The notes: generated from the sequence alone by a model not told the origin. DNA of 31,458 nucleotides from a virus (IMGVR_UViG_3300037605_000008:1-31458); one strand, 5' to 3'. Counted from the stretch's first letter, positions 19,125-28,873 are shown. Made by a program: numbers and translations.

Positions 19125-20334
19125 TATTCTGTATGTTTAAAAATTTTGCATTATCTGCATTTATTTTACCTTCATAAAATTCATTGATTAATTTGGATGG
19201 AATTAAATTAGCCTGTACATATGTATCACCATTTATTTCTACATTCATATCTTCTAATTCTCTGATTTCATTAGGACTAATAGCACCCAAATAAAATAGT
19301 TCTTTATAATACTCTGCTCTGCTTTTAGAATCACCCCTTAATAATGATTCAATAGAACCTTTGAAATAATAACCATCTTTGATATTTGATCTTGTTAATA
19401 GTTTAGATTTTAATTCAGCTTCTATCATATAGATCATAGGTGCTAAAGTTCTTTTATAAAAATCTAATATATGTGCTTCAGTTGAATTATAATTTGAAGG
19501 TGTTTCACTTGCAATTATTTGAATTGGTACATTTAAAATCCTTGCTACTTCTGCTACTTGAATATTTCTAGTTTCAATTAGCTTTATTTGTTCTGGCGAA
19601 AAAGAAACAGGTTTAAAATCAAATCCTGCATCAAGTACCAATAATGATTTAGAATTTGATCCTGTATAATTAGCTTGAATAGAATCTCTAAATTCTTTCT
19701 TTTGCTCTTCTTTTAACTTGTTTGTTGATGTTATAACACCCTTGATATTTGATCCATCACCTTCAAATGTTTTTCTTGTATATCTGGTAGATGATAGAGT
19801 AATACCCAAAGTTTCAGCAAATATTGTGAGTGGATCTAAACCAAATGCACCAGTACCTGAAATTTTAAATACTAAAATATCATCAGAATGTATTGGAATA
19901 AAATTTACTATATAATATAATTCACCTTCAACAATTCTTGCTTCAGTTACTTTATCAAATTCAATTGGTAATAATTCAACAACTTCACCTGTATTTATAT
20001 CTCTAATGATTCTTGCAAATGCTGTACCCCTGTACAACATATCATTTATTAAACCCCTTTTAAAATCAAATGCAGTCTGGAATCTATTTGGTTTTTCTTT
20101 GATGATATAATTTAGATCATCATTTACATACTCTTTATCTCTTCTTAATTTGAATGGTACTGAAGCAATAGCATTTGAAATGCTGTTAACACCTGCTGTA
20201 TATGCAGTTATTGATTTTAAAGTTCTTTCATTTAATACTACTTCATTGGAAATAGAATCAACAGAATATACATCTGGTTTTATTATTGTCTTGAATGTTG
20301 AAAATAAACTATCCCAATTATCAAATAATGCCAT
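19117..20334 (-). CDS. HK97-family portal protein
   Basis: KPNRFQT, EVARILNVP, LLRGDSKSR, SPNEIRELE. Confidence 0.95.
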   Translation of the reverse strand: MALFDNWDSLFSTFKTIIKPDVYSVDSISNEVVLNERTLKSITAYTAGVNSISNAIASVPFKLRRDKEYVNDDLNYIIKEKPNRFQTAFDFKRGLINDMLYRGTAFARIIRDINTGEVVELLPIEFDKVTEARIVEGELYYIVNFIPIHSDDILVFKISGTGAFGLDPLTIFAETLGITLSSTRYTRKTFEGDGSNIKGVITSTNKLKEEQKKEFRDSIQANYTGSNSKSLLVLDAGFDFKPVSFSPEQIKLIETRNIQVAEVARILNVPIQIIASETPSNYNSTEAHILDFYKRTLAPMIYMIEAELKSKLLTRSNIKDGYYFKGSIESLLRGDSKSRAEYYKELFYLGAISPNEIRELEDMNVEINGDTYVQANLIPSKLINEFYEGKINADNAKFLNIQNNE

Positions 20335-20348
20335 ATTGAAAATTTAAA

Positions 20349-20410
20349 AGGTAGGGGAAAAATCATAAAAAAATTTATTACTTCCATTAAAAAAAATAAA
20401 TCCCCTACCT
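20349..20410. repeat. 10-bp GC-rich inverted repeat in the portal leader
   Basis: AGGTAGGGGA (20349-20358) and TCCCCTACCT (20401-20410) with a 42-nt AT-rich loop. Confidence 0.8.
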
Positions 20411-20416
20411 ACCTAA

Positions 20417-20445
20417 TATTTATTATAAATAAAAATAATTGTGAC
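20417..20445 (-). promoter_or_regulatory. Putative late promoter (GTCACA motif, copy 4)
   Basis: GTCACA-N16-ATAAATA upstream of the portal gene. Confidence 0.55.
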
Positions 20446-20448
20446 AAA

Positions 20449-20811
20449 TTATTTAAACCTAATTTTTGTACCTCTGATATCATAATGTATAAATGTATTA
20501 TATACACCAATTCCACCTTTTAATATTTTTCCTTCATTCATTAATCTATCAATAACTTTATAAAGATCAATGGGTTTTAATCCTTTTGTTTTTAAATCAC
20601 CTGCCATACATTTAGTATGGTAACTGTTTTTAGCTGAATTTGGAATAGTTGAATTATGTTTTTTACATCTGTAACCAGATGATATATCTAATTCTTGATT
20701 TAATTCTTTTTCTATTATTTCTAATTGATCAAGATAATTATTTTTGTTTTCTTCTAATTCTGGTGGTATATCACACCCACATCTACAATTAAATTTTATA
20801 TATCTTTCCAT
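20449..20811 (-). CDS. Peptidase M15 family endolysin
   Basis: CRCGC, ISSGYRCKKHN, SYHTKCMAGD, GGIGVYNTFIHYDIRG. Confidence 0.9.
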   Translation of the reverse strand: MERYIKFNCRCGCDIPPELEENKNNYLDQLEIIEKELNQELDISSGYRCKKHNSTIPNSAKNSYHTKCMAGDLKTKGLKPIDLYKVIDRLMNEGKILKGGIGVYNTFIHYDIRGTKIRFK

Positions 20812-20819
20812 TTGAAAAA

Positions 20820-20954
20820 TTACTTTATATCAATATTTTGTACTGTAACCTTTTCAAAAACTATTTTATTAACTTCTAATTTTGTTTCTGGTACAGTCTC
20901 ACCATTTATTTTTACTTCTGCTGTAATTTGAATAGTTACATTTATTTCTTGCAT
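20820..20954 (-). CDS. Small hypothetical protein (44 aa, not in the ORF track)
   Basis: MQEINVTIQITAEVKINGETVPETKLEVNKIVFEKVTVQNIDIK*; exactly fills the gap between its neighbours. Confidence 0.6.
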   Translation of the reverse strand: MQEINVTIQITAEVKINGETVPETKLEVNKIVFEKVTVQNIDIK

Positions 20955-20955
20955 A

Positions 20956-23900
20956 TTATACTTCTACCCATTCTGTACCATCATATCTTTTTAATGATAA
21001 TACATTTACCCAATCAGTACCATTATACATTTTTAATTTACCTTCAATCCATTCTGTACCATTCCAATATTTTATTAATACATTGTTTTCTACAACTATT
21101 ACAGTAACAGATTCAATTGTAGAAATAATTGATAATCCTTCAGGTATTATTTGTATATTTTTTTCTACCTGTAATGAAGGTGATAATACTTCAATATTTA
21201 AATCACTTACATCTACATCAATACTAGAATTTACTATCGATTCAACTGTAACATTATTTATTGTTATTTGAAGATCAATAGGATCAGTTGATACTGTAGT
21301 AGCATTAGCAGTATTAATTACAACATCTTGTAATGTAATATTTAAATCAAAACTATTTGAAATAAAATCTACAATTTCTTCTGTAGAAATATCTACATTG
21401 TTAATATCAATGGTAATATCAAAAGTACTTGGTATAATAACTTTTGATTGTACTGTATTTATTTCAGGTACTAATGATTCAAGATTTAAAGCAAATGGAT
21501 CAACAGGTATTGTTACAAAACCAGAAGAAACAACTGTAACATCTTCAATAGATAGATCTAATTCTAAAGCATTTACAGGTACTGTATTAGCTTCAACAGT
21601 AGATACAGATACATCTTCAATAGATAGATTTAATTCTAAGCTGTTTACAGGTACTGTAGCAGTCTTAACTGTAACTACTGTAGCTTCTGGTATTGATAGC
21701 TGTACATCAATTGAATCTGGTGAAGCTAAAGCAGTTTCAACAGTAGATACAGATACATCTTCAATAGATAGATTTAATTCTAAGCTGTTTACAGGTACTG
21801 TAGTAGCTTCAGCAGTATTAACCGTAACATCTTCAATAGATAGATCTAACTCTAAAGCATTTACAGGTACTGTAGTAGTCTTAACTGTAACTACTGTAAC
21901 ATCTGGTATTGATAGCTGTACATCAATTGAATCTGGTGAAGCTGTAATAGCTTGAATTGTATTAACTGTAGAATCTGGAATTAATATATCTAATTCCAAA
22001 GTATCAACATCTACATTTATATCTATATTTATTGATACATCACCTTCCGCAAATTCAATTACAGCAACTTCTGTTTCTAGCGTGGTACCAGTTGTTAATT
22101 TATACCTGTGTACAGTATCATTATCTTCAAAAGAAAAATTAGCCTGTGCATTTCTTTGAGTTGTACCAGTACCACTAGAAGTATGTGAACCAATTACAAT
22201 TGATCTTGATAAATCAACAGGTGTTGTAAAATCATAGAATTCATCATTTAGATTTGATGCAGATCCTGAAATATTTTGTACTGAAAATCTATCACACTCA
22301 ATTACAAAGAATTCTGCAACTGAAACACCCCCGTCTCGATGTTTTCTAATATCAACTTCTGTAGGTGATGATATTCTACCTCTATGATATGAATCTGATA
22401 AAGCAGAACTACTTGTCCTTGTTGAAAATACCAAAAATGCTTTGGTTGGATCTACACTAGAAATTGTTGCAGGATTAGAATTAACACCAACAAGTTCAAT
22501 TGATCCTGATTGAACTGTAGCATCAGAAATTGTTACTACTTGATAATTTATAATAACAGGTGTAGTAGGTGTTGCATCAACTTCAAATTGTAATTGTGTA
22601 GATGAATTGAATTTACCAGTAGTCCAAGTTCTATTTAAAGAACTATTATTAGCATAGTCTGATCTAAATGTTGTTATTAAAAAAGTTTTTGATAAATCAA
22701 CACTTGATATATTTTCAGTAACACTAGCTGTACCAGTTATTGATGTAGCCCCGTGAATAACAGTAGCATTTGAATCTGTCACTACTTGCCAAACTACCTG
22801 ACCATTATTAGCACCACCATCTTCACGTTTTATTATTATTGATGAATTATTAACAAATTCAACCGTGTAAAAAATATCATCAGCCTGGTTATCACCAACT
22901 GTAGATATAAAAATATAACTCTTAGAAACGTCAACAGGATCAATATTAATAGTTTGTTCTACAGTTGTACCAAATTCTACAATCCCACTTTGTACTGATA
23001 CTGCACCCCCTTGTGATGGTACATCTACAGTTACATCTTCAATTAATAAACTTAATTCTATTACTTCTGCATTAACAGTTACATCTGGATTAACAACATC
23101 TACTGTTACATTTTCAACTGATAACGTTAGATTTAATACTTCTACATTTACAATTGCATCAGGATTAACAACTTCAATAACTGCATTTTCAACTGATAAT
23201 GTTAGATTTAATACCTCTGCACTAACTGTTGCATCTGGATTTGGTTGTCCATCTGATACTTCAACAGAAAATATAACAGGTTCTATATTTTCATTATTTG
23301 TTAATTTATTTACTAATACTTGTGAATTGGAAAGATATGATATTGATGCTTCACCATTTTCAAATTCAGCACCATTAATTTCACTACTTGTAAATGATGA
23401 TACTAAAAATGATTTAGATAAATCTACTGTATTTGAAAGATTTAATTGAGTTGTTGAACTTATTGGGGATGGAATTAATGTTTCTACACTAAATCTATCA
23501 CACTCAATTACAAAGTATGATATTTCACCTCTACCTGTACTACCACCATAATCGAATCTAACTGTGGTGTTATTTTGGAATCTACCTGAAACAAATACAT
23601 CTCTTGGTGCTGCTCTATTTGTGTTAGATGAAAATATTAAAATTGATTTTGAAAGATCTACTGAAGTAATTGTAGCTGATATAGAAGATGCAAAAAAAGG
23701 AGATAGAACACCAGATTGTACAACAGCATCAGAAATTGTTACTACTTGATATTCAACTATTACATCACCATTTAAAGAACTACCACCAGTTGCAAACTGA
23801 ATTGTATTACTATTAATAAGCTTATTACTAATAAAAGCATCTCGAATATCAAGACCTGAATTACCTGTTGAATAATTAACAGTTGAATAAATAAAAGTCT

Positions 23901-24228
23901 TAGATGTATCAACACTAGAAATTGATATATTTCTTGATAGATTACTATCATTTAATGTTGTTGAACCGTGAATAACTGTAGCATCAGTATCTGTTATTAC
24001 TTCCCAAGCTACTTCACTATCAAATGAACCCGTAGATCCACCTCTAGTTATTCTTATAGTAGATGAATCAATAAATTTAACAGAATAGAATTTATTTAAA
24101 GCTGTATTTGCACCAATAGTGGATATAAAAATATAACTCTGTGAGATATTCACAGAGTTAATATTTATTGTTTGTTCACTAACTCCAATATTAAAGTCAG
24201 TAATTCCCCTCTGTACTGATACAGCCAT
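20956..24228 (-). CDS. Large acidic repeat-rich virion fibre/adhesin-like protein
   Basis: Two ~320-aa homologous blocks built from SVDxSK(S/T)F units, a 24-aa V/D/S/T-rich stalk repeat and a C-terminal (Y/W)(N/D)GTxW triplet. Confidence 0.7.
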   Translation of the reverse strand: MAVSVQRGITDFNIGVSEQTININSVNISQSYIFISTIGANTALNKFYSVKFIDSSTIRITRGGSTGSFDSEVAWEVITDTDATVIHGSTTLNDSNLSRNISISSVDTSKTFIYSTVNYSTGNSGLDIRDAFISNKLINSNTIQFATGGSSLNGDVIVEYQVVTISDAVVQSGVLSPFFASSISATITSVDLSKSILIFSSNTNRAAPRDVFVSGRFQNNTTVRFDYGGSTGRGEISYFVIECDRFSVETLIPSPISSTTQLNLSNTVDLSKSFLVSSFTSSEINGAEFENGEASISYLSNSQVLVNKLTNNENIEPVIFSVEVSDGQPNPDATVSAEVLNLTLSVENAVIEVVNPDAIVNVEVLNLTLSVENVTVDVVNPDVTVNAEVIELSLLIEDVTVDVPSQGGAVSVQSGIVEFGTTVEQTINIDPVDVSKSYIFISTVGDNQADDIFYTVEFVNNSSIIIKREDGGANNGQVVWQVVTDSNATVIHGATSITGTASVTENISSVDLSKTFLITTFRSDYANNSSLNRTWTTGKFNSSTQLQFEVDATPTTPVIINYQVVTISDATVQSGSIELVGVNSNPATISSVDPTKAFLVFSTRTSSSALSDSYHRGRISSPTEVDIRKHRDGGVSVAEFFVIECDRFSVQNISGSASNLNDEFYDFTTPVDLSRSIVIGSHTSSGTGTTQRNAQANFSFEDNDTVHRYKLTTGTTLETEVAVIEFAEGDVSINIDINVDVDTLELDILIPDSTVNTIQAITASPDSIDVQLSIPDVTVVTVKTTTVPVNALELDLSIEDVTVNTAEATTVPVNSLELNLSIEDVSVSTVETALASPDSIDVQLSIPEATVVTVKTATVPVNSLELNLSIEDVSVSTVEANTVPVNALELDLSIEDVTVVSSGFVTIPVDPFALNLESLVPEINTVQSKVIIPSTFDITIDINNVDISTEEIVDFISNSFDLNITLQDVVINTANATTVSTDPIDLQITINNVTVESIVNSSIDVDVSDLNIEVLSPSLQVEKNIQIIPEGLSIISTIESVTVIVVENNVLIKYWNGTEWIEGKLKMYNGTDWVNVLSLKRYDGTEWVEV
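21540..21950 (-). repeat. 72-bp-period tandem repeats (24-aa units)
   Basis: Identical blocks at ~21592-21659 and ~21736-21803, and at ~21686-21727 and ~21902-21943. Confidence 0.85.
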
Positions 24229-24247
24229 ATAATCTATTTATAGAATT

Positions 24248-24661
24248 TTAACTTAATCTAATTATTCCAGATGCATTCCATTGAATAGTAAAAGATCCAT
24301 CTGAAGATGTTTGATCAGATACAAAATCTACATATCCAATTAGATTATCTGTAGATGCATTACCTGTATCTTTATAGATTACTGCACCTCTAGCAGTAAT
24401 GGTACTATTAGACCAAGTAACATCATCACCATCTAATACACCTACACCTGCAACATCAGATACAGTTGCATTTGCTAATACTTCACCACCTGCTGAATAA
24501 CCAGTACCCGAAACTTCATTAGTTACAGAAGATCTAAAATTGTGTGAAGCACTTGGAGTATATGAAGATGTTACCAACATTACTTTAATAGTATCAGTAT
24601 CTAAATCAATACCACCATTTAACAAATCTGTTTTTAAATTATTATATATTACGTTTGCCAT
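24248..24661 (-). CDS. Conserved small phage structural protein (fibre-associated)
   Basis: IDLDTDTIKVMLV, EVSGTGYSAGG, DVTWSNSTITARGAVIY; this protein type usually precedes long fibre genes. Confidence 0.7.
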   Translation of the reverse strand: MANVIYNNLKTDLLNGGIDLDTDTIKVMLVTSSYTPSASHNFRSSVTNEVSGTGYSAGGEVLANATVSDVAGVGVLDGDDVTWSNSTITARGAVIYKDTGNASTDNLIGYVDFVSDQTSSDGSFTIQWNASGIIRLS

Positions 24662-24674
24662 TATTTTTTTTGTT

Positions 24675-24893
24675 TTAAATTTCTAACCATAAATCATTTA
24701 ATTCAGGATTTAATGGTTCTGTAGAACTAACTGTAATTAACTTACCTGAATTTAATTTATTTTCAATTGTTGTAATTCTATTTACAATATTTGCATCTGT
24801 ATTAACACTTACATCAAATTGATTAATATTTTCATCTACATTTACATTTACTTGTTCTAGATTTTCATCTAAAATTACAGTGTAGTTTTCCAT
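24675..24893 (-). CDS. Small fibre-associated protein
   Basis: C-terminal VSSTEPLNPELNDLW motif, as seen in fibre proteins. Confidence 0.6.
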   Translation of the reverse strand: MENYTVILDENLEQVNVNVDENINQFDVSVNTDANIVNRITTIENKLNSGKLITVSSTEPLNPELNDLWLEI

Positions 24894-24899
24894 ATATAT

Positions 24900-24928
24900 T
24901 AATTATATTAATCTAATTTAAATGTGAC
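24900..24928 (-). promoter_or_regulatory. Putative late promoter (GTCACA motif, copy 5)
   Basis: GTCACA-N16-ATAATTA; very close to the next start codon. Confidence 0.45.
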
Positions 24929-24932
24929 TATT

Positions 24933-25283
24933 TTATATACTAGCTTTAGGAAAGTTTTTATTTGAAGATAGATCTACAGTAAATTTAAATGATATTAGTT
25001 TTTTAAATGTATCACCATCAAATACCATTAAATCACCCCAATAATCTTTTTGATATAGATTAAAAGTAGAATCTGAATCTATTGAAAAACTTATTATATT
25101 ATCATTAACTGAAATACCATTATCTAAATCAAGTTTAATATTTTCAGTATCTAAATCTGGTGAAGCTGATATTGATAATAATACTTTTGTATATATACTT
25201 AAATCAATTGGATTTGAATCATTATCTGTAAAGGTTAATGAAAATTGTTTATCTTCACCTTGATTAATTGCTATGTTTACCAT
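24933..25283 (-). CDS. Ig-like / BppU-N-like structural protein
   Basis: INQGEDKQFSLTFTD..PIDLS...YWGDL pattern. Confidence 0.55.
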   Translation of the reverse strand: MVNIAINQGEDKQFSLTFTDNDSNPIDLSIYTKVLLSISASPDLDTENIKLDLDNGISVNDNIISFSIDSDSTFNLYQKDYWGDLMVFDGDTFKKLISFKFTVDLSSNKNFPKASI

Positions 25284-25791
25284 TTTTAACTTGGTTAATT
25301 TTAAGTTTGATTTTATTATAAATTTCTGTTGGTAATAATTTCATATCGTGTAAATTTTCAATGATAGAAATTAATTGCTGACCAACAAAAACAGAATAGA
25401 AAATAGAATACAAAGGATAAAAGACAATTATAAATTCACCTGCAAATTTTAAAAGTGTTAATAACATTAATGCAACCAACATTGTAATTAAAAATCTTGG
25501 AAATTTTTTTGATTTTAACTGTTTATCTTTTACTTCTTGTGGTATTGTTGCTTGTACCCTTTTTAAATCCTTTGCTTTTATTGAAAAATATATTGACTTA
25601 CTAACACCTGTAATAAAATCAATTATATATAAAATAATTAAAAAATATATTGCTTCAGTGGATTGAAACAAAAAAGAAAAAATTAAATCGATACCAACAA
25701 AAAAAGGAACTATATATTTTATTATTAATTCCGTATCAACATTTTTAAAAACCGAATTAAAAAGTTCTGTAAAATTACTATATCCAAACAT
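25264..25791 (-). CDS. Phage holin family protein
   Basis: Several transmembrane segments; IIDFITGVSKS, LKSKKFPR, QLISIIENL motifs of Phage_holin_4_1-like proteins. Confidence 0.8.
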   Translation of the reverse strand: MFGYSNFTELFNSVFKNVDTELIIKYIVPFFVGIDLIFSFLFQSTEAIYFLIILYIIDFITGVSKSIYFSIKAKDLKRVQATIPQEVKDKQLKSKKFPRFLITMLVALMLLTLLKFAGEFIIVFYPLYSIFYSVFVGQQLISIIENLHDMKLLPTEIYNKIKLKINQVKNGKHSN

Positions 25792-27392
25792 TATATCATC
25801 AAAAATCCAATACCATCATAATCATTATCTTGAATATCCAGACTATCTAGATATTGTCCAACATTCATTATTAAAGCTATAGCAGGATCTATTTTATCAC
25901 TACTCTTACTTTTTATAGGTTTAATATTTTCGTGATTATCCTGTATAACTTTTATATTGTTTACAGACCAAGTAAGAACTTTATTATCATTATGCATTAG
26001 TTTCTTTTCTAATATCATTGATTCAAATTCTTTTGTAGGTGGTGAAAACTTTCTGAAGTTTTGATTAAATTCTACTAATTCACAATCTACAATTTTACTT
26101 ACTTCTGTATTTAAATAATTACTTAAGAATCTATCATAAGTGACTTGAATAATTTTAAATTTTTGATTTAGTTCTTCTATCTTTTCTAATACAAAATCAA
26201 AATCTGTTGTTTTATGTATAGTTAAATATAAATTGTTCTTTGGATCATCTGCCCAATTAATAAATACCCTACCTGCTGAAATATTCTGTTTTTCTAAAGC
26301 TGAATCATAGGGTAAAAAATTATAACTTAATGTTGCAAATTTCTTTCTGTCTTTATAAGGTGGAAAAAGTAAATTGATAGATGTTAAATCTTTATTACTT
26401 GATAAATCATAGGATAAATAACATTCTTGATTTAATAGATCATTTTCATCAAATTCATCTTTGCAGGAATTCCAATCTTCAGATCTTACAAAAGCTGTTG
26501 CCGAATCAGTCCAGATATTCAAATGAAGCTGTTTAAATGCCTCTAGTTGCGTTGGAATATTTTTAGCCTTAGCTGCTGCATTAATTAAATATTCTTCTGT
26601 TACACCTACTCCAAGTGATGGATTAGCCTTTCTTAGATTCTCAATATCATCAATAGGTAAATTAGGATCACCTTCAAATACAAAAGGTAAAAATGTATCA
26701 TCTTCAATAATCCCTTCAATGATCTTTTTTGAATAATCATACAATTCATAGCAGATATGATTTTTGTTAGTACCTGCTGTTGTAATAGTCATTATAATAG
26801 GCTGTACCCTTGCACCAATCGATGTTGTTAATACTTGATACAATTCATCATTTGGGTGAGCGTGCAATTCATCAATTAAAGCGAAATGTGTGTTAAATCC
26901 GTGTTTAGTCTTCGCTTCAGAACTGATTACTTTAAAGAATGAATTGGTTTTATTGTACTTGATTGAATTATTATAAATCTTTAGAACCTTTGAAAATCTT
27001 GGTTCTTTTTCAATCATAGCTTTAACAATATCAAATGCTAGTCTTGCTTGTTCTCTATCTGCTGCCGCAAAATAACACTGTGAAAACTCTTCTTGATCTA
27101 ATAGAAGTACATATAATGATATAGCTGCTGAAAAGACTGTTTTACCATTCTTTCTAGGAATAAATAAAAATACTTGTTGAAACTTTCTATATCCAGTATC
27201 AATTTTTTTCCATCCAAATAAATTACCTACCAGATCCTTTTGCCATTGTAATAATTTTAAATTTTCACCAGCTTTTTTACCATCAACTATTTTACAGAAT
27301 GTTTCAATAAATTTTATAGCTTTATTTGCTTCTTCTTCATCAAAGTAATATTTATTTGTATCTATTTTAGAAAAGTCTATTGTATAATGCAT
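25791..27392 (-). CDS. terL: Terminase large subunit
   Basis: Walker A IPRKNGKT, Walker B LIDELHAH, ITTAG, nuclease YDLSSNKDLT and KIDPAIAL. Confidence 0.97.
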   Translation of the reverse strand: MHYTIDFSKIDTNKYYFDEEEANKAIKFIETFCKIVDGKKAGENLKLLQWQKDLVGNLFGWKKIDTGYRKFQQVFLFIPRKNGKTVFSAAISLYVLLLDQEEFSQCYFAAADREQARLAFDIVKAMIEKEPRFSKVLKIYNNSIKYNKTNSFFKVISSEAKTKHGFNTHFALIDELHAHPNDELYQVLTTSIGARVQPIIMTITTAGTNKNHICYELYDYSKKIIEGIIEDDTFLPFVFEGDPNLPIDDIENLRKANPSLGVGVTEEYLINAAAKAKNIPTQLEAFKQLHLNIWTDSATAFVRSEDWNSCKDEFDENDLLNQECYLSYDLSSNKDLTSINLLFPPYKDRKKFATLSYNFLPYDSALEKQNISAGRVFINWADDPKNNLYLTIHKTTDFDFVLEKIEELNQKFKIIQVTYDRFLSNYLNTEVSKIVDCELVEFNQNFRKFSPPTKEFESMILEKKLMHNDNKVLTWSVNNIKVIQDNHENIKPIKSKSSDKIDPAIALIMNVGQYLDSLDIQDNDYDGIGFLMI

Positions 27393-27395
27393 TTA

Positions 27396-27848
27396 TTAAA
27401 AATTCCAATCATCAGTATTATCATTGAGTGGTTTAAATTCTACTTTATTTCTAGAACTTGGAGTCATTCCAAACTCTTTTAGCATTCTTTGAATATCATT
27501 GAATAACATTCTTTTGTAGCTGGTTAAAGGATTTAATTTGGTTACTATCTTACCCCTTGAATTATGTTCTGATAAAATAAAACCATCTTGTTCTATTTTT
27601 TTTGTGATTTGGATGTATTCACCATAAACATCTGCTAATAGTGTTAAAGCTGGTGCATCAAGTGTTGTAATTACATTGTAACCATTTAATCCAAGTTGTT
27701 CTATAAGCAGTTTAAAATTCTTTCTGGATTCACCTTTTAAAAAGGTTGGTACTTTCATAGATTCAACAGGATCAAATACAACATCTTTATTTTTGTCTCT
27801 GTCTTCTCTATATGTACCATTTAATTTTTTAATCTCATTTGGAATCAT
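27396..27848 (-). CDS. terS: Terminase small subunit (P27 family)
   Basis: KKLNGTYREDR, PTFL, NPL, EFGMTPSSR. Confidence 0.92.
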   Translation of the reverse strand: MIPNEIKKLNGTYREDRDKNKDVVFDPVESMKVPTFLKGESRKNFKLLIEQLGLNGYNVITTLDAPALTLLADVYGEYIQITKKIEQDGFILSEHNSRGKIVTKLNPLTSYKRMLFNDIQRMLKEFGMTPSSRNKVEFKPLNDNTDDWNF

Positions 27849-27890
27849 AAATCATAGGTGGTTTTGGCCTGAAAAATTGACAAGATGCAA

Positions 27891-27950
27891 GGGGGGAGGG
27901 GGGGAATGGTACTAGCAAAAAACGTTTCTAATAATTTAACCCCCCTACCC
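27891..27950. other. Candidate cos/packaging region
   Basis: Striking G-tract GGGGGGAGGGGGGG and C-tract CCCCCCTACCC forming an imperfect inverted repeat just upstream of terS, the usual cos position in HK97-like phages. Confidence 0.6.
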
Positions 27951-27984
27951 TTTCAATCTGAATGTCAAAAAATATTTCTAAATA

Positions 27985-28013
27985 TTATTATTAACCTGTT
28001 TTCAATATGTGAC
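27985..28013 (-). promoter_or_regulatory. Putative late promoter (GTCACA motif, copy 6)
   Basis: GTCACA-N16-ATAATAA after a terminator and upstream of terS. Confidence 0.55.
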
Positions 28014-28041
28014 AAAAAAAAATCCTATCAACAGATAGGAT
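28014..28041 (-). terminator. Rho-independent terminator
   Basis: ATCCTATC/GATAGGAT stem followed by a T-run on the minus strand. Confidence 0.8.
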
Positions 28042-28174
28042 CTTTCTATATATATTATGGTTTATTTAGTTTCTTAATATTCAATATGTAATGATGAATG
28101 GTATTTGGTTTTTAGTGCTTCTTGACATAGGAGATTAACACAGATAGTTCCTAGTATATCTTTTACCTTATTTG

Positions 28175-28663
28175 CTACCAATCATCAGAAGTTTTTACTA
28201 ATTTATTTTCTAATTCCTTTTCAATTACATCAAGTGAATTAATAACCCAATCACCATTTCTTAATTCACCATTATTTTTAACTAACCAGAATTCAAGTGT
28301 ATTATTTTCTCTCATTACAGGATCTTCTATAATTATATTTGTTATTGTTACTCTTACTCTATCATCTTTTCTTTCAATTACTACATTACCTTTCATATTT
28401 GCATTAATATGAAACAAAGTCATTACTTGATTATCTTTATAACCATATTTACTATAATCACAAGGTTTTGCAACAAGTTCACCAGAAGATACAGATGGTG
28501 ATTGATTATTTATTTTAATATCTGGTAATGTTAATTCATCTGGGAAATCTTTTGCTTGATAGATTTTTTTAAATTTAAATTGACCATCAACAAGATTTAA
28601 ATCTTTTTGTGCTACAGCATTAAATGAAATTAATACCAGAATAAATAGAATTAGATTTTTCAT
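28175..28663 (-). CDS. Secreted protein (signal peptide; possibly DUF4468-like)
   Basis: MKNLILFILVLISFNAVAQ signal peptide with +1 Gln, typical of Bacteroidota; IERKDDRVRVTITNI. Confidence 0.65.
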   Translation of the reverse strand: MKNLILFILVLISFNAVAQKDLNLVDGQFKFKKIYQAKDFPDELTLPDIKINNQSPSVSSGELVAKPCDYSKYGYKDNQVMTLFHINANMKGNVVIERKDDRVRVTITNIIIEDPVMRENNTLEFWLVKNNGELRNGDWVINSLDVIEKELENKLVKTSDDW

Positions 28664-28678
28664 AATTAGTTGTTTGAT

Positions 28679-28873
28679 TTAGGATTGTACTATTAATGTA
28701 TTACTCGAATAAAATTTGTTTACATCTGCTAATATTTCTATATCATTGATCTGTACAGTTTCTGTAAAGTATCTTCTTTTAAAATAATCAATTGCTGTTG
28801 ATCTGATTGATGATTCATCTTCAGCTATTAAATATGATTCACCTTTATTTGTTTTTATTTTCGCTAATATCAT
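28679..28873 (-). CDS. Hypothetical protein
   Basis: 64-aa ORF in the same operon. Confidence 0.55.
   Translation of the reverse strand: MILAKIKTNKGESYLIAEDESSIRSTAIDYFKRRYFTETVQINDIEILADVNKFYSSNTLIVQS

Noticed and set aside
707-23749. Plus-strand ORFs antisense to minus-strand genes (707, 6556, 7234, 8209, 11890, 12889, 15372, 15592, 19718, 20150, 21083, 21398, 23564)
   Set aside because: Shadow frames of well-supported genes, with no motifs.
28081-28128. 15-aa minus-strand ORF MSRSTKNQIPFIITY
   Set aside because: Too short, with no supporting signal.
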